This document shows positions 39,931 through 51,900 of a DNA stretch of 64,000 nucleotides, one piece after another (positions within the stretch are counted from its first letter, which is position 1; each line of letters begins with the position of its first letter). The position numbers and the translations under genes were made by a program. Source of the stretch: Antedon mediterranea (Eukaryota; Animalia; Echinodermata); the NCBI RefSeq assembly GCF_964355755.1, contig NC_092678.1, positions 11,096,352-11,160,351 of the forward strand, read 5' to 3'. Below the pieces are notes generated by a model. The model made no database searches and was not told where the DNA came from. It was given only the letters and a program-made list of their open reading frames with translations.

Positions 39931-42900
39931 AAATACTGATAATGTAACAGGGCTATTACATAATGCGAACCTATCACCAAATGCAGTTCCCTGGTCTCAA
40001 CATGAGAAACTAAATGTGATTCACCAACAGCCTATGAATGTACATAATATTAGTAGGCCTAGCCCTGCGCCCAATAAACTTTTCGTTTCAGGCATCAAAC
40101 CAACAGCAGCACTAGATGTGTCGCCGGAACCATCAGTAGTTGAGAAGTCTACGAAAGATATTGCAGATGGGTAGCAAAATCTTCTTCAGAAGCAAGGAGA
40201 GGTGTTTGCGCAATTCACTATTCAACAGTCTTTGCCCAAAAGAGAGCTACATCCGTTTAATGGAGAAGCAGTCGATTACGCACGCAAGGGAAGTTCCAAA
40301 TAACAGAGATCGATTATACTATTTAGAGCAGTACACCGCTGGTGAGGCTCAACAATTGGTTAAGAGCTACATCACCATGGATGAAGCTGTTGGCTATAAG
40401 GAAGCAAAGAAAGCATTAGCTAAAAAGTATGGTGATCCGTTCAAACTCGCAGAAGCTTATATGGAAAGGGTCTTACAATTTCCTGATATTAAATCTGAGG
40501 ACAAGGATGCACTTTCTAATTTCTCACTCTTGCTGTTAGAATGCAAAAATGTAATGTCAAATTTAAAACATCTAGAAGAGCTTAACCACACCAGAAGCAT
40601 ACAACAATTGATGCGAAAATTGCCTTTCGAGTTAAGAGATAGATGGAGGACAAAGACCGATTTCATTCAGGAGGACAGACAAATCGAATACAAGGACTTT
40701 GTCAAATTTGTTGAAAACCAGGCTAAATTATTAAAAAATCCTACATACGGTGACATCAAGGACCACCACCAGCCTAAACCAGCAAACAAACCACGGCCAA
40801 GGAACAACTATAGATCGTTTGCTGTATTGGAGGAAGCAAAATCATGTTTGCATTGTAAAGGCGTGCATGATATTTTAGATTGTACTAAATTTAATGATAT
40901 TTCGAAGGACGAGAAGGTGAAATTTATTAAAGAAAATAAATTATGCTTCGGATGTCTGGGAGCAGGTCACATGAGCAAATCTTGTGAAAATCGACAAAAA
41001 ATGCAAGAAGTGCAACAAGAGTCACCCAACATCTCTACATTGGGACAAACCAACGGTGGTCGATCAAAATGAGCTTTCCGTAGCTTGCGTTAGTGATTCG
41101 TGTGCGTTAGCAGTTATACCAGTCCAAGTGAGGTCAAAAAATGGTGTGTTGATGGTAACTACCTATGCATTTATAGATCCCGGCAGTACAATATCGTTTT
41201 GTTCGCAAACATTAACCAAAAGGCTAGGTATCAGAGGAAAGCCTACAAAGATTCCTGTGGGAACCATCACGTCCAGGGAAGAATTGAAAACCGAAGTAAT
41301 TAAAGACTTGAAATTAGTAGCCTAGAAGGGGGCAGTGAAGTCATAATACCTGCCCCATACCTAAAAGAGAGTCTACCACTTGATAGAGTACATATTCCAG
41401 TCCAAAATGATGTGAACCAGTGGCAACACCTCAAAGGTGTAAAGGTTGGCGAATTAAATGCAGATGTCGAATTATTGATTGGTATGAGAGTCGGTGGTGC
41501 CTACACCCCACTTGAGATTAAAACCGGAGCAGTTGGTACACCGCATGCTACTAGGACCAGTTTAGGCTGAGTCCTATGGAACCTTGTAAAAAACCCATCA
41601 AACTCTAAGAACATTTCTAAATCTGCTCATCACCCTGTCCATTGGACCAAATCGGAAAGATATGATAAGGTGGCCGAAGAGAGTGAACTACTGAGAATCG
41701 TTAATAAATCGACGGAGATAGACTTTCCTGAGAAGGGGCTTGACAGTAAACTCCATCACTCGGTAGATGATTAGTTATTCTTAAAACAAGTATCGGAAAC
41801 AATATGTAAAGAAGACGATGATATTCACTATACCATTGGTTTACCATTTCGTCACAGTGATGTTTTACTACCAAATAATAGACATATGGCCGAAAAACTA
41901 CTTCAACTTCTCAGAAGTAAACTTAAGAAGGACACGAAGCTGCATTCTCAGTATACAGAGTTTATGCAGAACCTATTGACCAAAGGGTATACTGAGAAGA
42001 TCACCAACAAGCTAGCAACAACAAAATGGTACATTCCGCATCATGGCGTCTTTAATCCACACAAACCAAAGCTAAGGGTCGTCTTAGACTGCGCTGCTAG
42101 ATCTCAAGGAATTGCACTAGACGATGTTTTAATAGCAGGTCCAAATCTTACGAACAGTTTCTTAGGAGTGTTGTTACGTTTCAGGGAATGTAAGGTAGCT
42201 CTGATGGCAGATGTTGAAGCTATGTTTTTAAATAATAAACAAACGCAGTTCAGCACATTTGTAGCGAACAGAATCAGCATTATCCATAACGGCTCAAGTC
42301 CAAAGCAGTGGAGGCATGTTGGAGGCAAGCTAAACCCGGCAGACATAGCGTCTCGAGGCCTTAACCTGAAGGACAATGAACAAGTAAGAAATGGTTAGGG
42401 GGGCCGGAGTTTCTTTTGAAGGGAATTGATAGCTGGCCTAAGCCGTTTCGTAGCAGCAACCTTGATGAAAGTGATCCTGAAGTTAAAGAAGCCACCTGTG
42501 TTACAATTGAGCAGCCAGATTCTATTGAACTTCTAATACAACATTATTCGTCGTATTATAGATTGAAACGTGCGATAGCATGGTTACTTAGACTAAAAAA
42601 GGCACTTGTACAGCGTGAAGTGAAGAAGACTGCTATTTCCCTAAATGAGTTAAAGAATGCTGAAATGTCCAAAGTAGAAGCTACCTTGATGAAATAACTT
42701 CTATTAAGGAAAATAAACAGAAATCTAGTAATATTGGTAGACTAGATCCATTTATCGATGAAGGAGTATTACGAGTTGGAGGCCGCCTGCGACGGTCAAA
42801 TCAACCGAGCACTGTTAAACACCCAGTTATTTTACCTAGAAATCACCATATTGCAACTCTTATAATGACTGAGGCACATCAGATTTATGGTCACTGCGGT

Positions 42901-43967
42901 AGAAATCATCTAGTTTGTGCTGTAAGAAAGAGGTATTGGATACCAAACCTGCCGTCGGCAGCAAGACGACTCGTTTTGAAGTGTGTTACATGTAGAAAGT
43001 ATCATCGGAAAGCAGAGAGTCAAAAGATGGCTGATCTACCCGAGCAACGAATCACTGTAGGTGAACGTCCCTTTTGCTGCACGGGAATGGACTATTTTGG
43101 TCCCTTTGAAATAAAGCGAGGTCGAGCGACGCAGAAACGTTACGGTGTCATATTTACTTGCCTCAAGACTAGGGCTGTGCATTTAGAAGTTGCATGTTCA
43201 CTGACAACAAACTCATGTATCCATGCGATTAGACGGTTCATCTCTCGAAGAGGACCCGCTCAAACAATAAGGTCCGATAACGGAACTAATATAGTTGAGC
43301 ACAAAGGGAATTGCAGAAGTCCCTTAAAGAACTTGATGTAGACAAGATCCAAAGAAATATGCTAAAGAAGGGAATAAATTGGCAATTTAATCCACCTGCT
43401 GCATCTCACTATGGAGGAATTTGGGAGCGGATGATCCGCTCAAGCAGGAAAGCAATATACGGAATTCTCAAAGAACAGCCATTGAAATTGAACGACGAAG
43501 GCTTGTCCACATTGTTTTGCGAAGCAGAATACATCATAAACAGTAGGCCGCTAACAGCAAATTCAGACAACCTCAAGGACTTAGAACCGCTCACACCCAA
43601 CCACTTTTTGATAGGTGCAGGAGTTGAACTGACAGCACCGGGATCATTTACAAAGAAAGATGTAGTAATGGGTTGGAGACAAGGCCAGTATCTTACCAAT
43701 CTTTTTTGGAAGAGGTTGGCGAACGAGTATCTTACCACACTTCAAGAAAGGCAGCGTTGGATACAATGTAAGAGGAATATTGCTTTCGGTGATGTTGTTT
43801 TGATAATGGAAAACTCCCCCAGGAATAGTTGGCCAATGGCCAGAGTAGAATCAGCCCCCAAGGATGATAAGAATGTAATAAGGTCGGTCCAACTGAGGAC
43901 AAAGTCGTCTACATTAGTTAGACCTATCGCTAAGCTTATTCTTATTTTAGAAGCCGTGACTAGTTAG
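39597..43967 (+). pseudogene. BEL gag-pol remainder (gag, protease, partial RT/RNase H, integrase)
   Basis: RLYYLEQYT; three knuckles (CLHC, CFGC, CKKC); FIDPGS protease; YIPHHGV...ADVEAMF; STFVANRI, NPADIASRG; integrase HHCC, DYFGP, SDNG, WERM. Multiple stops and frameshifts. Confidence 0.95.
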
Positions 43968-44064
43968 GATCTCCTAACTTACTTATCTCAAGTAATTTAT
44001 TTACATTTATGATACTTAGTTATGTTGAATTTTATTTTTTAATGCTCATTGTTTTACTCGCATT

Positions 44065-44077
44065 AAGAGGGCCGGGA
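44065..44077 (+). other. Polypurine tract
   Basis: AAGAGGGCCGGGA immediately before the TG of the 3' LTR. Confidence 0.8.
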
Positions 44078-44273
44078 TGTTTTGTCCCAGACATATTGAC
44101 TTTGTAAAGTGTGCCCTCTAAAGTTGAAACTGCCTCTTGTCTTCGAAGTTGAAGATGGAGCACACCGTGTTCGGATTTGTCCGAAGAAAATTGATAAAAA
44201 ATTAGTTTTAAAGTTATTAATGACTAATGTTTGGATATTGGTGAGTTTAATATAAACTTGTGACTTGCTTGTA
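44078..44273 (+). repeat. BEL 3' LTR, part 1
   Basis: Direct repeat of 20549-20744. Confidence 0.95.
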
Positions 44274-44303
44274 CCTTAATTGTTATTTCAAATCTTTCAT
44301 TAG

Positions 44304-46247
44304 GAAGGTACTGCTGTCTCTTTTGCCATCATACCAAACATCAGATATGCAGAGGTGATGTTCCAAAAGACCACAGGTCTATAAAGACATTGAATGAAGA
44401 CTATCAATTGTTTGAAGATCATGGAATGGTAAACTCCAAGGAGGTATCCAGGAGTGTAATCAGAAAAACGATGGTGCCTATTGACATCGACCATGTAGGA
44501 AATATATATATTTTGGTTAAATATTGTTTTCATAGTTATGCACTTATCAATTGTGTGACTTACCATATGAACCCCGGTAGAAGTGCATCATTTGTCCAAT
44601 GTGCATCCTTTAGGTGACCATGACACACATTATGGAGAATGATAAAATGACACACCATTGTTCATTGATGTCTACTATCATCCTTTCTACTACAACACCA
44701 TGATGATGCTGCTCACCAATTTGTATCATAATACAGTCCGACACTTGTACAAGTACTGAAATAATAAAGTAATAGTACTAATATAAAATCTTGAGGTTAC
44801 ATTTGAAAATGTGTTATTATTGCAGGTATCTGTACCAAGCCTCCATATTTCTTTAGGAGTGTTTAAGAAATTATATGACCTGTTAGAAAATGAAATGCAC
44901 GCATTGGATGCAGAGATTTTCAGGTTAAGGCAAAAAAATCCCGATGGAGGTGTCAACAATTTCGACAAAATTATTGTAGAGCAGGCTGCAACAAATTCAG
45001 CATTGATGAAGCACATCTCAGATATGCAAGCACAAATTTCCCACCTAGAAGATGAAATTCCGCTTGTATTTTTAAACTGCAAATCAGAAGCATCCGCATC
45101 TGATTCTGTAAAGACACAAATTATGAGTATTGCTGAAAAGCAACAAGAAATCAAAGACATGGTATGTTAAGTACGAATAGTATTACACATACATATACTG
45201 TATTCTGAATGCATAATTAATTATTCAAAAGTAGTTTACACAGATTATGTATTTTTTTTAGGAAACAAAATTGAACAAAGGTTTGAAATATGGCACTGGG
45301 CCAATTGTTTGTGCAATGGAGGAAGTTCTCCAACAAAACAAGGTTCCTCGTCAAGCCTATCATGGGAAGGCCTTTGTAGGCAACCATGTACACAAGTGTT
45401 GCCAGGTGATTATAAAAATAAACAATACACCATCTACTTAAGATAGTATACAGTTTAAATTTAATGACAATACTATTATTAAAAAACTAAGTGTTGTATG
45501 TTGCAATGTTTGAATATTTACCCAATTGACAATATTGTTCACAGGTTGATATTATTCACCAGCTAACATCTGCATCAAACCGGGTTCTAGAGGAACAAAG
45601 CTCAGATATCCCAATTGGATTTCTTGGAAAATTGCAATCACGCCTTAAGAAAATTGATGTAACTTATACACCTATCTTCCACCAATTTTCAGACATACAC
45701 AAGGCAATAAACCATACCAATGCAATGACTGAGAATGAAATTGATATTGTTGGTAAGAAAAAAAAATGTTAACTATAAAATCTGAATTGAGTTTCTATCA
45801 CTCAGCTGCTTATTAAAGAATTAATTAAATTTAAATATTAATTTACTTACAGCTTCAAATATATCAGACTTCATGTCCAACTGCAGAAAATTGGAGATCA
45901 ACATATCTCCAAAATTACACATGCTCGAATTTCATGTTGTGGAATTTTTAAAGCGATGGCATGTTGGAATCGGCTTGTTAAATGAGCAGGGGGGTGAACT
46001 TATTCACTCGTCATTTAACAAAAAAAGAAGAAGTCTCTATGGTGTAAAGTCAGCTCTGGCAAAAACAATGTCAGTGATGAAGAATCACTTAATCTTCACA
46101 CAACCTGAAGTTCAAGCAAAAATAAAACATGCTATGAAAAGGAAGCACAGTATGTATTTTAAATACCATCAGTAAACCTTTGATGATTTTGTAGAAATAA
46201 TAGTATTATCAAAGTATTTGTTTTTGTTTGCAGATGCAGAACAGTAG
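44304..46247 (+). pseudogene. Chapaev transposase C-terminal half (RAG1/Transib-related DDE), 6 exons
   Basis: Exons 44304-44494, 44826-45161, 45262-45405, 45545-45752, 45853-46149 and 46234-46247, all GT-AG and phase-consistent. Motifs GRYCCLFC, LHISLG, RQAYHGKAFVGNH, PKLHMLEFH, GLLNEQGGELIH. Confidence 0.88.
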
Positions 46248-46490
46248 ATGGTTGAAGTGCTGCTATGTCAACTAACTGTTGCAATATTAGAAATATCTGT
46301 ATAAACAAAATTTAGTTAGTTGTGCCTGCATACATTTATGCAGAGCAGTACATGGTTGAAGTGTTGCTATGTCAACTAACTGTTGCAATATTAGAAATAT
46401 CTGTATAAACAAAATTTAGTTAGGTGTGCTTGCATACATTTATGCAGAGCAGTAGATGATTGAACTGCTGCTATGTCAACTAACTGTAGA
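46245..46490. repeat. ~105-bp tandem repeat, about 2.3 copies
   Basis: ATGGTTGAAGTGCTGCTATGTCAACTAACTGT recurs three times. Confidence 0.85.
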
Positions 46491-46589
46491 CAACATCGTA
46501 GATTTCTTTTTTCTTCACTTAATTAGTGTTTAATATAAATATTCAAACAAATGTTAGTTTATATACATACCATTTAAACAGTATCTGAA

Positions 46590-47385
46590 TATTGATTGGA
46601 GCTCATCCATGTGTTCTGAAAAATATTATATGTTCCAAATAGTTTTAATTAATGGAAATTATCATAAAACAGTTTGACATTTGTCAAAATGTCAAGACAT
46701 GTTTGGATAAGTAAATATTAATTTAACGGCAGCGTTGTCAACTGAAGTATTTATTTAAATAGAGGGACTATGTGTACAAAACAAAGGTAACTAAAGTAAA
46801 AAGTACATATTTTTTCCTCACTTACTTTAAAAAAAACTGTTTAATACTATAAGTATTAATACAAATGGTTATAGGTTAAATAATATACATACCATTTAAA
46901 CAGTATCTGTTATATTACTGAATTCATTCCTGTTATTGTGGATGTATAGTACGAGAACTGTCATTTGATATTCTTATACATTCTTTGCCAAAACCATTGT
47001 AATACACCTCAATAATTCTATGCAAATTACTCTTTTCGTTTAACTTCAATGCCCGTCACTTTTGACTGTGACAATATTGATTGGAGCACATCCATGTGTT
47101 CTGAAAAAAAAATAATATTATATGTTATTTGTTTAAATGCCAAGACATGTTTGGATCAGTAAATATTAATTTAACGGCAGCATTGTCAATTGAAGTATTT
47201 ATTTAAATAGAGTGACTAGGCCTATGCGTACAAACATTTTGACAAAAGCTGACTAAAGTAAAAAGTACCTATTTTTTCCTCATTACCCTTTAAAAAAAAC
47301 TGTTTAATACTATAAATATTAAAACAAATGGTTTTAGGTTAAATAATATACATACCATTTAAACAGTATCTTTTATATTACTGCA
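46590..47385. repeat. ~320-bp direct repeat pair
   Basis: About 46590-46920 resembles about 47075-47385. Confidence 0.85.
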
Positions 47386-48179
47386 TTAATTAATTAATGG
47401 GTGGATATACTAGCCTAGCTAGCCTAGGCCTACTAACTACTACTACTAGGCCTAGACCTATCTAGCCTAACTAGGCCTAGCCTAGTATACTGGACATCAT
47501 CGCTGATGTAATCATTATTATTACCCAGTCCACCCCATCCAGATATCCATCCTAGTGCTAGGCCTATGTTAAGTTTTAAAATTTTAAATTAATATTATCA
47601 CTTAAACTAAGCCTAGGCTAATGTATTTTTTTAAAATAAAAAATAATCATTATCTTTATATACAAGCCAAGCCAAGTCGCGTCAACCTGGTAAGTGGACT
47701 TGACTACCCACGTGGGTAGATGGGGCGATCTTTGGCCATGCTGTTACAATTCAAATACGGTTCACGTCAAGCTGAAACCTTATTTTAACAATTCTCGTAA
47801 CAATTGCCTACCAAATAAAATAAATATCAGTTCCTAAAGTGACTAACAACTAATTATATATAAATATCCAAATTTAACCATATTTTTACATTGAATAATT
47901 ACTAATTTTAAGCATATTTACACTCTAATTTCAACTACTCACCAGGCTTCGAAGAAACACGCTTTCTTTCTCGCCATCCCATAGTAAGATAAAATAACCG
48001 CTCATTTAACATTTTCTCATGAATATTCATATTTTTTTTCGTTTTTAAGGCTCTAATTCGTTAATTGTAGAGGTCAATCACAAAATCTCAGAAAAAACGT
48101 GGCTTCCGGGTAAAATTATAGTGCGCCCTCTCTGGTTAGTTTATGGAAAATATTAGATTAAAACTATAGAGGGGGTATG

Positions 48180-48207
48180 ACTTTTTGTCAATAACGAAAC
48201 CACCGTG
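48180..48207 (-). other. 12-RSS-like transposon terminus
   Basis: Minus strand reads CACGGTG-GTTTCGTTATTG(12)-ACAAAAAGT; the RSS consensus is CACAGTG-12-ACAAAAACC. Confidence 0.6.
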
Positions 48208-48968
48208 AAGTCTGAATAATTACCTAAGCATTGTTAGGCTAGTGGATAGGAACTTTCACTCATCACATGTGTATAATTGTTGTAGTGATGCGAGCGTGGT
48301 CGCTTACATACATGTCCTGACTTGTACCTAATGAATATTCATGAGGCCCTCAGTCTTAGGACGAAAGATTGTAATTTTATATAATTATCGATATCAGCCG
48401 TGATATTTATGTATAATATCCAGGTTATTTAGTTCTATTAAACTACCGTATAACCTGAGATTAAAGTAGTTAACTGATTTTAGATCATTAATATTTCAAC
48501 ACTTATTTTTGGTGAACTTGTATTATTCGCAGTATTTATGACAATGCCTGAACTACATATGAGTAGTTTTCTGATTGTGTCATTTGTGTGTTTACTTATA
48601 AGGTTACAGTTTGGTTGGTCGATACCATTCTCATTTGAGGTAATTTGCCTCACAGTTGTGTTGTGACTGTGTTGGATACCTATAGAAGGCAGGAGAGATC
48701 AAAATTCACGGTATGCATAGTATCACTACAGTGGTAAAACATAAGCTTTGTATTAATTAAACAAAATAGTAGTAGCCATTATACAATAAAGGATCTCTTA
48801 TATTAAAAGATAATTATAATCACATTTTTGTAACTTTAAACCAATATATTACATTACTTTGTTATTCGTTTTGCTAATAATAATACCTTTTATTATAGCA
48901 ACCTGTTTCTATGAATAAAGTTTGATTCAAGTAACTTGTTTTCGTAATTCGTAATTCCTGCCTGTACA
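48208..48968 (+). repeat. BEL 3' LTR, part 2
   Basis: Matches 20746-21281 plus 36630-36857; ends TGTACA, followed by TSD CTGGC. Confidence 0.95.
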
Positions 48969-51900
48969 CTGGCCATTGTATTGAGTTGTACCATTGAATG
49001 GAACAAAATAATTAATTGCTGGCCATTGTATTGAGTTGTACAATAGAATGGAACAAAATGATTAATTGCTGGCCATTGTATTGAGTTGTACCATTGAATG
49101 GAACAAAATGATTAATTGCTGGCCATTGTATTGAGTTGTACCATTGAATGGAACAAAATGATTAATTACTAACCATTTTATTGAGTTGTACCATTGAATG
49201 GAACAAAATGATTAATTATTGGCCATTGTATTGAGTTGTAATATTGAATGGAACAAAATGATTAATTACTAACCATTGTATTGAGTTGTACTATTGAATG
49301 GAACAAAATGATTAATTACTAACCATTGTATTGAGTTGTACCATTGAATGGAACATAATGATTAATTACTGACCATTGAATGGAACAAAATGATTAATTA
49401 CTGGCCATTGTATTGAGTTGTACCATTGAATGGAACAAAATGATTAATTACTGGCCATTGTATTGAGTTGTACCATTGAATGGAACAAAATGATTAATTG
49501 CTGGCCATTGTATTGGGTTGTACCATTGAATGGAACAAAATGATTAATTACTAACCATTGTATTGAGTTGTACCATTGAATGGAACAAAATGATTAATTA
49601 TTGGCCATTGTATTGAGTTGTACTATTGAATGGAACAAAATGATTAATTACTAACCATTGTATTGAGTTGTACTATTGAATGGAACAAAATGATTAATTA
49701 CTAACCATTATATTGAGTTGTACCATTGAATGGAACAAAATGATTAATTACTGGCCATTGTATTGAGTTGTACCATTGAATGGAACAAAATGATTAATTG
49801 CTGGCCATTGTATTGGGTTGTACCATTGAATGGAATAAAATGATTAATTACTGGCCATTGTATTGAGTTGTACCATTGAATTGAACAAAATGATTAATTA
49901 CTGGCCAATGTATTGAGTTGTGCCATTGAATTGAACAAAATGATTAATTACTGGCCATTGTATTGAGTTGTACCATTGAATGGAACAAAATTATTAATTA
50001 CTGGCCATTGTATTGACTTGTACCATTGAATGGAAAAAATGATTAATTACTGGCCATTGTATTGAGTTGTACCATTGAATGGAACAAAATGATTAATTGC
50101 GGGCCATTGTATTGGGTTGTACCATTGAATGGAACAAAATGATTAATTACTAACCATTGTATTGAGTTGTACCATTGAATGGAACAAAATGATTAATTAT
50201 TGGCCATTGTATTGAGTTGTACTATTGAATGGAACAAAATGATTAATTACTAACCATTGTATTGAGTTGTACTATTGAATGGAACAAAATGATTAATTAC
50301 TAACCATTGTATTGAGTTGTACCATTGAATGAAACAAAATGATTAATTACTGGCCATTGTATTGAGTTGTACCATTGAATGGAACAAAATGATTAATTAC
50401 TGGCCATTGTATTGAGTTGTACCATTGAATTGAACAAAATGATTAATTACTGGCCTTTGTATTGAGTTGTGCCATTGAATTGAACAAAATGATTAATTAC
50501 TGGCCATTGTATTGAGTTGTACCATTGAATGGAACAAAATGATTAATTACTGGCCATTGTATTGACTTGTACCATTGAATGGAACAAAATGATTAATTAC
50601 TGGCCATTGTACTGAGTTGTACCATTGAATGGAACAAAATGATTAATTACTGACCATTGAATGGAACAAAATGATTAATTACTGGCCATTGTAATGAGTT
50701 GTACCATTGAATTGAACAAAATGATTAATTACTGGCCATTGTATTGAGTTGTGCCATTGAATTGAACAAAATGATTAATTACTGGCTATTGTATTGAGTT
50801 GTACCATTGAATGGAACAAAATGATTAATTACTGGCCATTGTATTGACTTGTACCATTGAATGGAACAAAATGATTAATTACTGGCCATTGTACTGAGTT
50901 GTACCATTGAATGGAACAAAATGATTAATTGCTGGCCATTGTATTGAGTTGTACCATTGAATGGAACAAAATGATTAATTACTAACCATTTTATTGAGTT
51001 GTACCATTGAATGGAACAAAATGATTAATTATTGGCCATTGTATTGAGTTGTAATATTGAATGGAACAAAATGATTAATTACTAACCATTGTATTGAGTT
51101 GTACTATTGAATGGAACAAAATGATTAATTACTAACCATTGTATTGAGTTGTACCATTGAATGGAACATAATGATTAATTACTGACCATTGAATGGAACA
51201 AAATGATTAATTACTGGCCATTGTATTGAGTTGTACCATTGAATGGAACAAAATGATTAATTACTGGCCATTGTATTGAGTTGTACCATTGAATGGAACA
51301 AAATGATTAATTGCTGGCCATTGTATTGGGTTGTACCATTGAATGGAACAAAATGATTAATTACTAACCATTGTATTGAGTTGTACCATTGAATGGAACA
51401 AAATGATTAATTATTGGCCATTGTATTGAGTTGTACTATTGAATGGAACAAAATGATTAATTACTAACCATTGTATTGAGTTGTACTATTGAATGGAACA
51501 AAATGATTAATTACTAACCATTATATTGAGTTGTACCATTGAATGGAACAAAATGATTAATTACTGGCCATTGTATTGAGTTGTACCATTGAATGGAACA
51601 AAATGATTAATTGCTGGCCATTGTATTGGGTTGTACCATTGAATGGAATAAAATGATTAATTACTGGCCATTGTATTGAGTTGTACCATTGAATTGAACA
51701 AAATGATTAATTACTGGCCAATGTATTGAGTTGTGCCATTGAATTGAACAAAATGATTAATTACTGGCCATTGTATTGAGTTGTACCATTGAATGGAACA
51801 AAATTATTAATTACTGGCCATTGTATTGACTTGTACCATTGAATGAAAAAAAATGATTAATTACTGGCCATTGTATTGAGTTGTACCATTGAATGGAACA

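Larger units (their letters stand above)
44274..48207 (+). mobile_element. Chapaev (CMC) transposon, left-truncated (element 2)
   Basis: Interrupts the 3' LTR. Right end ...GAAACCACCGTG (CACGGTGGTTTC on the minus strand). Left end and left TSD copy are absent. Confidence 0.85.
20549..48968 (+). mobile_element. BEL/Pao LTR retrotransposon (degenerate, with nested insertions)
   Basis: TGT...ACA ends; 5-bp TSD CTGGC (20544-20548 and 48969-48973); two LTRs of about 960 bp; gag with three Cys/His knuckles; PR-RT-RH-IN domain order; PPT present. Confidence 0.96.

Noticed and set aside
43968-44064. env-like gene in the BEL element
   Set aside because: Only about 100 bp separate the integrase stop from the PPT.
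30799-44566. Antisense ORFs overlapping TE coding regions (e.g. 30799-31239, 36760-37269, 38747-39298, 43409-43738)
   Set aside because: Shadow frames of real coding sequence on the opposite strand.
24271-48137. GCGCCCTC motifs near the Chapaev ends (24272, 48123) as CTCF sites
   Set aside because: Only the half-core matches, which is too weak without a PWM scan or ChIP.
44274-48207. A true ProtoRAG (RAG1L+RAG2L) element
   Set aside because: Motifs (YHGxxFVGNH, EQGGExIH) fit Chapaev, as does the 4-bp TSD of the related element 1, and no kelch/PHD RAG2-like ORF is visible.
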